A stretch of DNA of 35,422 nucleotides from a virus (taxonomy: Duplodnaviria > Caudoviricetes). The first letter of the stretch is position 1, and the number at the start of each line of letters is the position of its first letter. The notes under the pieces were generated by a model, which was given only the letters and a program-made list of their open reading frames with translations, ran no database searches and had not been told where the DNA came from. Shown piece after piece: positions 24,976 to 32,340 of this stretch. Position numbers and translations under genes: made by a program. The stretch lies in IMG/VR virus record IMGVR_UViG_3300037524_001388, positions 1 to 35,422 of that record; one strand, given 5' to 3'.

Positions 24976-25516
24976 CCTGCAGCGCCTGCCGCAGCATCCA
25001 TGCGGCCTGGTCCTGCCAGGTGCGGAGCTCCTCGCGGGCCCGGCGCTTGATCTGCTCGAGCAGGTCTCCATAGGCCTCCAGATTGAGAACCCCGCCGTGC
25101 GGGTCGTTGTTTTTCCCCAATACCGGCTCGCCGGGCCGGAGTATCGAGATCGCACCTGGCCGCGTATGCCGTGGCGGCGGTGGCGGTGCCGGGCCTTTCG
25201 GCGGGGCCTTGGGTGGAACCGGTTCAACTCCCTCACGCCCCATTGCCCGGAGCTGAGATCGCCTGGAGTAGATCGATCCGATCGCGCGCTTGAGCCGCTC
25301 GGCCACCTTGCCCGCCGGCTCGCGCATCGAACGGATGATCTCCATGTCCTCCTCGTCGCTGAAGGGCTTCCCCGCCATGTCCGTCTCCTCGATCGGCACG
25401 CTGAAGGCCATCGCACCGATGCCGGTCACATAGTCGACCCGCGCGCGGCAGTCCCTGCAGCCGGGGTCGTTCTTGTCGCGCGAAGCGTGCTTGCATGCGG
25501 CGCACGGTGATCTCAT
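24932..25516 (-). CDS. Hypothetical protein with N-terminal SPCAACK Cys domain and central HTH/Myb-like segment
   Basis: ATGA overlap with the upstream gene. FSDEEDMEII...KVAERLKRAIGSIYSRRSQL looks HTH-like. Confidence 0.6.
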   Translation of the reverse strand: MRSPCAACKHASRDKNDPGCRDCRARVDYVTGIGAMAFSVPIEETDMAGKPFSDEEDMEIIRSMREPAGKVAERLKRAIGSIYSRRSQLRAMGREGVEPVPPKAPPKGPAPPPPPRHTRPGAISILRPGEPVLGKNNDPHGGVLNLEAYGDLLEQIKRRAREELRTWQDQAAWMLRQALQDGSADHGRSPDRTR

Positions 25517-25617
25517 GGGGTCAGGTCATATCGCCCGAGCAGATATCCCAGCAGCAGGCCCAGCGCGGCACCATGGACCATGACTACGAGCATCAGCTTG
25601 GCAGTCGCGCCGCTCAC
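25513..25617 (-). CDS. Small membrane peptide (34 aa)
   Basis: GTGA and ATGA overlaps at both ends. Hydrophobic LMLVVMVHGAALGLLLGYLLG. Confidence 0.45.
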   Translation of the reverse strand: MSGATAKLMLVVMVHGAALGLLLGYLLGRYDLTP

Positions 25618-26009
25618 TGGCTCACCCTGCGGTCCAGCGCGTACGCTTCCCACTTGGCAGAGGCGACGCGCAGCAGCCAGTCGCAGTTGTCGAAGGCTGC
25701 GCGGCTGCCGGGGTCGCGCCGGAAGGCAAGCCAGGCATCGAAGGCGCAGTCCATTGCCTGGAAAGGGCACGGCACCTGGGGTCGCGGCCGCCGGCTCTCC
25801 GGGCGCCGTATCCCCGCCAACCGTTCGGCGCAGCCGCCGTGGTACTCGCAGGCACGGCAGCAGTCGTCGCAGATGACGCCGCCCAGGCGCTCATAGGTGC
25901 AGCGGTCGGGCGAAACCATTAGGCTGGCCTGTTCCTCCCTGCCGCAGACGCAGCAAAACAAACCCGTCACCGGATCATCGCCGGTGAATAGATTGACGGC
26001 TTGCTCCAT
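25614..26009 (-). CDS. Cys-rich hypothetical protein (131 aa)
   Basis: GGAGG RBS. CCVC and CDDCCRAC motifs. Confidence 0.55.
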   Translation of the reverse strand: MEQAVNLFTGDDPVTGLFCCVCGREEQASLMVSPDRCTYERLGGVICDDCCRACEYHGGCAERLAGIRRPESRRPRPQVPCPFQAMDCAFDAWLAFRRDPGSRAAFDNCDWLLRVASAKWEAYALDRRVSQ

Positions 26010-26155
26010 GGCCCCACCTCCTGCGGCCCTACGGACCACACCCCGCTCCCGAAAAATATGAAGGCCACGATAAACGCCAGTGCCAGGGCGATCACCGCGG
26101 CCTCCACCACCATCTGCCGGAGCAGCATCAGCGCACTCATTGCTCGCGGGCTCAT
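25967..26155 (-). CDS. Small membrane protein (62 aa)
   Basis: GGAGG RBS and ATGA overlap. One transmembrane helix (AAVIALALAFIVAFIFFG). Confidence 0.5.
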   Translation of the reverse strand: MSPRAMSALMLLRQMVVEAAVIALALAFIVAFIFFGSGVWSVGPQEVGPWSKPSIYSPAMIR

Positions 26156-26328
26156 CGACACCTCCCCGCCGGCCGGTCCGCCGGGTAGTCCGGCAGCGCG
26201 GACTTGATGGCCAGCATCTGCTCGTCGAAGCAGCGCTCGCAGTAGCCGTGAGAGTCCACCACCGCCACGCGGCCGTCCTCGCGCCAGCCGAGGACGTGCC
26301 CGCACACGCAGCACACCCGTCTCGTCAT
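26152..26328 (-). CDS. Small zinc-finger protein (58 aa, below the ORF-track cut-off)
   Basis: Translated by hand: MTRRVCCVCGHVLGWREDGRVAVVDSHGYCERCFDEQMLAIK... with CxxC...SHGxCxxC. GGAGG RBS present. Confidence 0.6.
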   Translation of the reverse strand: MTRRVCCVCGHVLGWREDGRVAVVDSHGYCERCFDEQMLAIKSALPDYPADRPAGRCR

Positions 26329-26329
26329 G

Positions 26330-26533
26330 TCACCGCCTCCCGTCCAGAAATTCCCGCCACTCCACCCGCCCCCAGCTCCGCATCGCCCGCGTCCGGTCCG
26401 TCTCCGCAGGCGGCGGAAGCGCCCGCTCGACCTTGGCGAGCGCCGCGTCCAGGTCGCCCACCACCCGGTCGCGGATCGCGCGCAGCTCCATGGCGAGCAG
26501 CAGGAGGTCGTTTATTTTTGCCGGTTCGGTCAT
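26330..26533 (-). CDS. Hypothetical protein (67 aa)
   Basis: Packed in the early operon, helical N-terminus. Confidence 0.5.
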   Translation of the reverse strand: MTEPAKINDLLLLAMELRAIRDRVVGDLDAALAKVERALPPPAETDRTRAMRSWGRVEWREFLDGRR

Positions 26534-26535
26534 CG

Positions 26536-26597
26536 GTATTACCCCCGTATAACCGCCGTATTACCGCCGCCCCCGGCCGGTAAGACGACGGTAAAAC
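26536..26597. repeat. Phased 8-bp repeats GTNT(T/A)ACC (3 direct, 2 inverted)
   Basis: GTATTACC 26536, GTATAACC 26547 and GTATTACC 26558, then inverted GGTAAGAC 26579 and GGTAAAAC 26590. The period is 11 bp within each set. Confidence 0.65.
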
Positions 26598-26598
26598 T

Positions 26599-26814
26599 TT
26601 AATATGACTGACAGCCGAGATCCTTCCTGGTATCCTCCAGCCGCACATGGTCGATCAGGCTCGGGTTGGCGCAGATGGCCGGAAGGGAGAGCAGGATGCA
26701 GCAGCGGATCACTTCTGATTTTTGCCGGTCGAGGTTGGCGACGGCCCGGTTCAGCCAATCCGAAAAATCCTCGCAGGATTTGAACGTGTGCAGGGTTTCC
26801 TTTTTGCCGGCCAT
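26599..26814 (-). CDS. Ribbon-helix-helix-like small DNA-binding protein (71 aa)
   Basis: TLHTFKS-(helix)-LDRQKSEVIRCCI has an RHH pattern. GAGGG RBS before ATG 26814. Confidence 0.5.
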   Translation of the reverse strand: MAGKKETLHTFKSCEDFSDWLNRAVANLDRQKSEVIRCCILLSLPAICANPSLIDHVRLEDTRKDLGCQSY

Positions 26815-26839
26815 TGTCACCCTCTTGGAGAGTAAAAAG

Positions 26840-26869
26840 TTGACTTGTAAATCTGTTGGCTGGTATGAT
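26840..26869 (+). promoter_or_regulatory. Sigma70-type promoter for the counter-oriented gene at 26957
   Basis: TTGACT-18 nt-TATGAT with an extended TG. Confidence 0.55.
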
Positions 26870-26956
26870 CTGGCATCGCCAGTGAAGTGCTCATGGAGAT
26901 CACAATCGCCCATCGGCCGGTCAACGGGTTCCACGAAATCGCCTTGGGGGGCCGAA

Positions 26957-27223
26957 ATGGACCTTAAAAAGAAAATCCCCGTGCTGAAGTGCTATCAAGC
27001 ATCTCCCGGGCAGGTGAAAGCCTGGTGCCCGTTCTGCGAAAAGTGGCACGCGCATGGCTACCGTGAAGGAAAACGCAGAGGACGCATCGGACATTGGGTC
27101 GCCCACTGCAGTGTTCCCGGAAGCCCCCTATTACATACGGGCTATTATCTGACCTTGATGACCCGCGCGGAGCTGAAGGCCATCGGGACTTCGGAGCAGT
27201 TTTTTCCGAAGACCGGTTCATAG
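26957..27223 (+). CDS. Counter-oriented small zinc-binding protein (88 aa)
   Basis: WCPFCEKWHAHG...GHWVAHC motif, its own promoter and lower GC. Confidence 0.65.
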   Translation: MDLKKKIPVLKCYQASPGQVKAWCPFCEKWHAHGYREGKRRGRIGHWVAHCSVPGSPLLHTGYYLTLMTRAELKAIGTSEQFFPKTGS

Positions 27224-27475
27224 GTTCTCAAACTCGTGCGTGTGTTCATCGGGGTTGAACCTGATGCGCAGCTTGCCGCCGGACAGCCGGGTGGACATGT
27301 CGCCGCGCATCACATGAAAGAACCGAGCGGCGGCCGTATGTCTCGCGATCTCGTTTTCCACCCGCTTGCATGCGGCGCCGATCGTGAGTCCCTCTTTCAC
27401 GAATTGCCTGTAGTGGACCGATATTCGTTTTTTTAGCTTGGCTTTGAACTGAGCTTTGGTTTGCGGCTTTTTCAT
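27218..27475 (-). CDS. Basic hypothetical protein (85 aa)
   Basis: Follows the cro-like gene. GGAG RBS before ATG 27475. Confidence 0.5.
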   Translation of the reverse strand: MKKPQTKAQFKAKLKKRISVHYRQFVKEGLTIGAACKRVENEIARHTAAARFFHVMRGDMSTRLSGGKLRIRFNPDEHTHEFENL

Positions 27476-27486
27476 AGCTCCCATCA

Positions 27487-27714
27487 TCAGGCGCAGGCCG
27501 CCGAGCGGCGGCCGCATGGTTCAGCGTACTCGGGAAATACCTGCTCGAACGGCAGGCCGATGGCGGCTGCGACGGCCTTAGCAACCGGCCTGGAGGTCGC
27601 TTTGCGAAAAATCACCCGCTGGACAATGGACGAGCTAACATTAAGCGCCCTGGCGATTTGAGTTTGAGTCGTCCCAGTGCGAATAAGCTCGATTTTGATC
27701 TCTTTTGGTTCCAT
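27487..27714 (-). CDS. Ner/Cro-like HTH regulator (75 aa)
   Basis: EIKIELIRTGTTQTQIARALNVSSSIVQRVI...VAAAIGLPFEQVFP. Divergent from the repressor. Confidence 0.85.
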   Translation of the reverse strand: MEPKEIKIELIRTGTTQTQIARALNVSSSIVQRVIFRKATSRPVAKAVAAAIGLPFEQVFPEYAEPCGRRSAACA

Positions 27715-27725
27715 ATGATCCTCAT

Positions 27726-27795
27726 GTTATTTTGTTACATGTTGAGTTAATTCTATACATAAAATTATTTACATGTCAAGTTATTTCTTTACATG
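27726..27795. promoter_or_regulatory. Lysis/lysogeny switch: leftward promoter and repeated operators
   Basis: Minus strand TTGACA (27779-27774), 18 nt, TAGAAT (27755-27750). Direct repeats GTTATTT(TG/CT)TTACATG at 27726 and 27780, and TTATTTACATG at 27765. Confidence 0.7.
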
Positions 27796-28443
27796 AAAAA
27801 AATAGACCCTCACAAGCCAACATGGGATAATAACGATTGGATTATTTATCTGAATAATCTCGATCTGTTGTGTGAGAATAACAACCTGTTGAAAAAGGAG
27901 CTGAGCAAAAAAGCCGGCGTTGTAAATGCGTTTCGCACTGATGCTGGAAGGCCAAGCCAGGAAACCATGAAAAACATCGCCACCGCTTTTAACGTCGACG
28001 TTGACTGGCTCTTAACACATCACGACAGGCTTACAGCAAATGTAAATGAGCCCGCCCCTTCCTACGCCCCGCATGGCGGCTGCGCACCGGACGCCCAGGC
28101 ATCGCTCGGGATTGCGAAGGGGAGCGAGCAGTGGCGGGCGTTTGCGATGCTATCGCAGATCTACGCGAGCGAGGACCAGGCGCTGATCCGCGCCATCTAT
28201 TCCAACCTGTGCGCGTTTGCGGAGTCTGCTGAGCGGAAGCGGGAAAATGCGGAGCTGAAGCGGGATGTGGAGGCTTTACAGGCGCGGCTGAACGAGGTGG
28301 TGGTGCAGCTTGACCAGAAGGGCATAGTGCACTTGAATGACCGGCGCAGCGGCGTGGAGCGGCGGGTCGACCCGGATCCGCACGCCCCTGACGGCCACGA
28401 CCGCCGCAGCGGGCACGACCGCCGAAAAGCCGCGCCGGGATAG
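27793..28443 (+). CDS. CI-like repressor (XRE HTH) without an S24 autopeptidase domain
   Basis: KELSKKAGV...RPSQETMKNIATAFNVDVDWLL, linker VNEPAPSY, coiled coil and DRRSG repeats. Divergent from the cro-like gene. Confidence 0.8.
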   Translation: MKKIDPHKPTWDNNDWIIYLNNLDLLCENNNLLKKELSKKAGVVNAFRTDAGRPSQETMKNIATAFNVDVDWLLTHHDRLTANVNEPAPSYAPHGGCAPDAQASLGIAKGSEQWRAFAMLSQIYASEDQALIRAIYSNLCAFAESAERKRENAELKRDVEALQARLNEVVVQLDQKGIVHLNDRRSGVERRVDPDPHAPDGHDRRSGHDRRKAAPG

Positions 28444-28544
28444 CTGTCGAATTAGACTGCGAAATTTGTGCTTGCCTAAGGCGATGTAAAAGAGATCGGT
28501 GTGATATTGGCCTTTAACTCGTATGGTAGCGCAAGAGGGCCAAC

Positions 28545-29216
28545 ATGGCTGAAATCATTGTCGCCGTCATCATCTTTTTCTTGATTGCCTTTTTTCTGCA
28601 AAGCTCAAAAATGTCGCATTTTATCTCAAAAAAACAAAGGGCGGATAGATTTCGAACCGATAAAGATCCGCCACCGCCAGGTTTTGACACGCCTAAACTC
28701 ATCGCCTTTGAAATTAAATTCAACAACACTCCCCCTCCCACTGCAGTAAAATCTCTAACTGAAAAAAACACGGATTACCTGGTCGATCTGTCTGCGCAAA
28801 CCTGTACCTGCCCTGATTTCTTGGAGTCGAGGTCGTCTCACGAAGTGGGCGACACGAGGCGTTTTTGCAAGCACATGGTTTGGCTGTCGGTAGAAAAAGG
28901 GTTTGCGGCGGCGGCTCATCCGGCAGTTGTTTCGTTGTTTGATAACTCGAGGGACGCATGGAAAGGATTGCCTCGAGATCAACTTTTTTTAGTAGACATA
29001 GAAGGCGAATTGGCGCTTGTTTCAAAACCGGAGACGGGCGAGTGGGCGAATGTGTATTTTAGGAATCGCAACCGCAAGAAAGACGGCACCTACTCCTATA
29101 AAAGATTCGGATTTAATCTTGCAGAACAACGGTGGTCTTATGGATACGGCCCTCCGGGCGCAAAAATTCTTCGCCAAATTTTCAAATCCTGGGCATCTGA
29201 AATAGGCGTGAAATAG
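28545..29216 (+). CDS. Membrane-anchored SWIM zinc-finger protein (accessory, low GC)
   Basis: N-terminal transmembrane helix. YLVDLSAQTCTCPDF...RRFCKH is a SWIM CxC...CxH motif. Confidence 0.75.
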   Translation: MAEIIVAVIIFFLIAFFLQSSKMSHFISKKQRADRFRTDKDPPPPGFDTPKLIAFEIKFNNTPPPTAVKSLTEKNTDYLVDLSAQTCTCPDFLESRSSHEVGDTRRFCKHMVWLSVEKGFAAAAHPAVVSLFDNSRDAWKGLPRDQLFLVDIEGELALVSKPETGEWANVYFRNRNRKKDGTYSYKRFGFNLAEQRWSYGYGPPGAKILRQIFKSWASEIGVK

Positions 29217-29253
29217 AGAAAACCGTTTGAACTAGTTAAATTGGAGCAATGCC

Positions 29254-29559
29254 ATGGAGCTTCTTTTTGCGGCCGGCGTGTGGTGGGTCCTGGTCATTAT
29301 CTACGCCGTAATTCTGCTCCTGTTGCCGTTCTTCATCCTTCGCATCCGCCGCGAGGTGATCGAAATCGCGCGCGACCACCGGCGAATCCTTGCCCTGCTC
29401 GAAGCGGTGATACCGCAGGAGAAAAAGCCCAAGCCGCGATCCGAGCCCAAAGTGGTCTTCACCGGCTCGCGCACCGTCAGGGTCTGCCCGAGCTGCGAGC
29501 ACCAGAACGAAATGCAGGACGCGAAATGCGCCAAGTGCGGCGGAAAGCTGCTTCCCTGA
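29254..29559 (+). CDS. Membrane protein with C-terminal zinc ribbon (101 aa)
   Basis: Hydrophobic N-terminus and CPSCEHQNEMQDAKCAKCG. Confidence 0.7.
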   Translation: MELLFAAGVWWVLVIIYAVILLLLPFFILRIRREVIEIARDHRRILALLEAVIPQEKKPKPRSEPKVVFTGSRTVRVCPSCEHQNEMQDAKCAKCGGKLLP

Positions 29560-29560
29560 C

Positions 29561-30622
29561 ATGGCGGTCACCCAGACAGCCGACGGCCGCTGGGTCGTCT
29601 ACTACCGCGACAAATCGGTGCACCCGAAATATCTCCGCCGCGAGTATTTCGGGCGCGGACCTGAGGCCGAGCGCCGGGCCCACGCCCGCAACCGCGACCT
29701 CGGCCTGGCCGCGCCGAAGAAGACCTCAGGGGCCATCGGCCCCGTGTTCGCCGAGGCCGCCCGCGAATACGCCGCCGCCCACCAATTCGCCTCACCACGC
29801 GCCCGGTGGCAGCACGAGTTGCGCATGGCCTCGCGCGTGCTGCCCTTCTTCGGCTCGATCCCGGCCGCGCGGATGTCCGACAGCGACATCGACCGATACG
29901 TCCGCCAGCGCCGCGCCGACGGCGTCGCCTACTCCACGATCCGCCGTGAGCTCGTGGACGTCAAGGCGATCATGAACTGGGCCGTCCGCCGGCGCCCGCC
30001 GATCATCCCGATCAACCCCATCCGCGACTACCGCATCCCCGCCGAGGACCTCGAGGTGATCATGCCGCCCACCTCGGCCGAGCTCGCCGCGATCCTGGCC
30101 GTGGCCCCGGACCACCTGCGCCGCATCACTCTTATCGCCTACTTCTGCGGCCTGCGCCCGGGCCCGGTCGAGTGCTATTCGCTGCGCTGGGAGATGGTCG
30201 ACTGGGAGGCTGACCTGATCATGGTCAGCGCGGCCCAAAAAGGGGGGCCGGCCAGGCGCAGCGTCCCCATCCATCCGGACTTCCGGCGCCACCTCGAGGA
30301 GTGGCACCGGGCCGACTCCGCCCGCGGCATCCCCTGGATCGTGCACTGGGGCGGCAGGCCGATCAAGGTGATCGCCACCGGTTGGGCCTCGGTCCTGCGC
30401 AAGGCAAACATCACCCGCCGCCTGCGCCCCTACGACATGCGTCATTTATTTGTCACCCAGGCCCTCGAGCGCGGCGCCGACATCAAGGCCCTCTCCCAGA
30501 TCGCCGGTTCCCGTCCCGAAACCCTCATGCGCTTCTACCAGCACGTCTCCGGCGACCTCCACCGCCGCACCGTGGCCTTGATCCCATCACTCGGAGATAC
30601 CGGCGATACAACAAAACCCTAA
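29561..30622 (+). CDS. int: Tyrosine recombinase/integrase (353 aa)
   Basis: CGLRP (catalytic R), K loop, YDMRH (HxxR position), QIAGS (LGH position) and RFYQH (catalytic Y). Confidence 0.92.
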   Translation: MAVTQTADGRWVVYYRDKSVHPKYLRREYFGRGPEAERRAHARNRDLGLAAPKKTSGAIGPVFAEAAREYAAAHQFASPRARWQHELRMASRVLPFFGSIPAARMSDSDIDRYVRQRRADGVAYSTIRRELVDVKAIMNWAVRRRPPIIPINPIRDYRIPAEDLEVIMPPTSAELAAILAVAPDHLRRITLIAYFCGLRPGPVECYSLRWEMVDWEADLIMVSAAQKGGPARRSVPIHPDFRRHLEEWHRADSARGIPWIVHWGGRPIKVIATGWASVLRKANITRRLRPYDMRHLFVTQALERGADIKALSQIAGSRPETLMRFYQHVSGDLHRRTVALIPSLGDTGDTTKP

Positions 30623-30656
30623 AACACTGTATTAACTAACTATAGCAGCACTGTTT

Positions 30657-30675
30657 AACCCGAACAGGGTTTTTT
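30657..30675 (+). terminator. Possible weak intrinsic terminator after int
   Basis: AACCC-GAACA-GGGTT followed by a T run. Confidence 0.4.
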
Positions 30676-30705
30676 ATTATGCACTAAAATAAATGCTTTT
30701 TTTAC

Positions 30706-30739
30706 TTATTTTGGAGATAATTTCGTATCTCCAAAATAA
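30706..30739. other. Perfect 14-6-14 palindrome in the AT-rich region after int (candidate attP core or operator)
   Basis: TTATTTTGGAGATA-ATTTCG-TATCTCCAAAATAA. Confidence 0.6.
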
Positions 30740-30927
30740 ATCTGGGCGATGCTTGCCGCACACAAATAAAACATCTGCCATCGCGCCTGTTGACTCGGGG
30801 GATTATAATGTGTCAAAAGGCTTCGAATCGAGTCAACTTTTCCCGCGTAATGCCGATCGTTATTTTCGCTGTGAGATATAACCTCCCATCCGTTTGAGGA
30901 GGCCAACCCGAAGCGAAAGGGCCGGCG

Positions 30928-31284
30928 ATGGAAAGCCAGAAGACCAGCATGGTGTTCAACTGTTTGATCAAAAAAGATGGCGCGCTGTATGTCGGGCACT
31001 GCCTCGAACTGGACATAGTTGCCGCGGGCGATACGCTTGATGGAGTAAAGAGAGATCTCAACGATCTCATTCGCGCCCAGGTCGATTTCGCCTTCAGCAA
31101 CAATAATCTGGATTACCTTTATCACCCGGCGCCGGCGGAAGTCTGGGAAGAGTTCTACAGGTGCAAATGCGCCAAGGAGCAGAAAATCAAACTGTCAGCC
31201 CCTTCCGGAAAAGGCCCCCACGCTTTCATCCCTCCCTGGATAATCGCAAAGATGTGCCTGTCCGGGAAGTCCTGTCGTGTCTAA
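30928..31284 (+). CDS. hicB: HicB-like antitoxin (118 aa)
   Basis: LYVGHCLELDIVAAGDTLDGVKRDLNDLI matches the HicB partial RNase H fold pattern. It overlaps the downstream hicA-like gene. Confidence 0.7.
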   Translation: MESQKTSMVFNCLIKKDGALYVGHCLELDIVAAGDTLDGVKRDLNDLIRAQVDFAFSNNNLDYLYHPAPAEVWEEFYRCKCAKEQKIKLSAPSGKGPHAFIPPWIIAKMCLSGKSCRV

Positions 31285-31525
31285 GACCAAACCCCTCAAG
31301 CTCAGGGAACTCCTCAAAAAGCTCAAGCCCCACGGCATTGTCCCGATGTCAAAAAAACAGCGCGGCAAGGGCTCCGAAACTATCCTCTTCAGGCCAGATG
31401 CTCCCGGATCGACCAAGGGCCCCCAGTTTCCCATTAAAAACCACGGCCCTGGGACGGAAATCTATAAGCCGGTAATTGCCGGAATCATTCGCCGGTTTGG
31501 CCTCCCCGATAATTTTCTCGATTAA
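31277..31525 (+). CDS. hicA: HicA-like toxin (82 aa, GSE instead of GSH)
   Basis: PLKLRELLKKLKPHG...RGKGSETILF...PIKNHG..EI...VIAGIIRRFGL matches the HicA dsRBD-like pattern. Confidence 0.7.
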   Translation: MSKTKPLKLRELLKKLKPHGIVPMSKKQRGKGSETILFRPDAPGSTKGPQFPIKNHGPGTEIYKPVIAGIIRRFGLPDNFLD

Positions 31526-31536
31526 TCGATTAGATT

Positions 31537-31576
31537 AAAAAAAGAGCCCGCTTGCAGAATGCAGGCGGGCTCTTTT
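31537..31576. terminator. Bidirectional intrinsic terminator between hicA and the lysis operon
   Basis: AAAAAAAGAGCCCGCTTGCA-GAA-TGCAGGCGGGCTCTTTT between convergent transcription units. Confidence 0.9.
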
Positions 31577-31687
31577 ATTCCCGCCCGGCCGGAGGGGGTT
31601 GGGTCCGGCCGGGCGGGCTCGCGCGGAGGGAGGAGGCGGAACTCTCGCGCGAGGGATGGATCCAGCGTCCCGGAGCGCCGGATGTCG

Positions 31688-31903
31688 TCAGCTTGGGATG
31701 AGGCTCTCCTCGCTCAAATATAAGGCCCCCAGCTGCCTTGCGAAAGACCTGGGCAAGCTGTAGGCCGCGGCGTAGACCGGATCCTGGCGGCAGGCCGGGC
31801 CGCCCTCGAGGGCGGTGGCATAGGCGATCCGGTCGAGGCACTCGGTGCAGCGGCGCTTGTTCTTTGAGCGGTGGCCGAATTTGCAGGCGGCGCAGGGGCT
31901 CAT
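31688..31903 (-). CDS. Small Cys-rich protein with SPCAACK domain (71 aa)
   Basis: ATGA overlap with the upstream stop. Paralogous to the N-terminus of 24932-25516. Confidence 0.6.
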   Translation of the reverse strand: MSPCAACKFGHRSKNKRRCTECLDRIAYATALEGGPACRQDPVYAAAYSLPRSFARQLGALYLSEESLIPS

Positions 31904-32340
31904 GGTGCGCATGGTTTCTGCTCCAGGGGTTTTTGTTCGAACACCTTTTGCTCCACCTTGGCGCTGAGGTACTTCTCCAGGTCGCCCACGGCCTCCTTGA
32001 GCGTGTCGGCAAGGTAGCCGGGGAGCTGCTGGCGGATCCGGGCGACGGCGAGCGTTTTCAGTTTTTGCGCCTCCTCCGGGGTGAGCTTGCGGCCCGCGGT
32101 GTACTGCTTGGCGCGCTGGTTCAGGTCGGCGACGATCGTCCCGGCGATGAAGTCGAGCCGGCTCATGGCGTGCTCGACCCCCTCGCGGAGCTGCCGGTTC
32201 TCGATCGCGGCCACCTTGGCCTTGAGGTAGGCCCGGAGGAGCACCAGGCCGTAGCCGGCCAGGGCCGATACGGCGGCGGCCAGGTAGGGCAGCGCGGCGG
32301 TGAAACACTCGTTTAAAATCTCCTTCAACTCGGGGGCCAT
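31900..32340 (-). CDS. Holin-like membrane protein (146 aa)
   Basis: One N-terminal transmembrane helix and a charged helical C-terminus. Directly downstream of the endolysin. Confidence 0.55.
   Translation of the reverse strand: MAPELKEILNECFTAALPYLAAAVSALAGYGLVLLRAYLKAKVAAIENRQLREGVEHAMSRLDFIAGTIVADLNQRAKQYTAGRKLTPEEAQKLKTLAVARIRQQLPGYLADTLKEAVGDLEKYLSAKVEQKVFEQKPLEQKPCAP

Noticed and set aside
20-25510. Long plus-strand ORFs (e.g. 20-1453, 4750-6087, 9705-11105, 15452-17455, 23221-25050) and Arg-rich alternate-frame minus ORFs
   Set aside because: They are shadow ORFs of high-GC genes. They overlap well-supported minus-strand phage genes and show no recognisable motifs.
30790-30809. TTGACT...TATAAT as a sigma70 promoter for hicB
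   Set aside because: The spacer is only 8 nt. The TATAAT may still be a -10 with another -35, but this pair is not valid.
30623-30927. tRNA or tRNA-fragment att core
   Set aside because: No cloverleaf or T-arm/CCA segment could be recognised.
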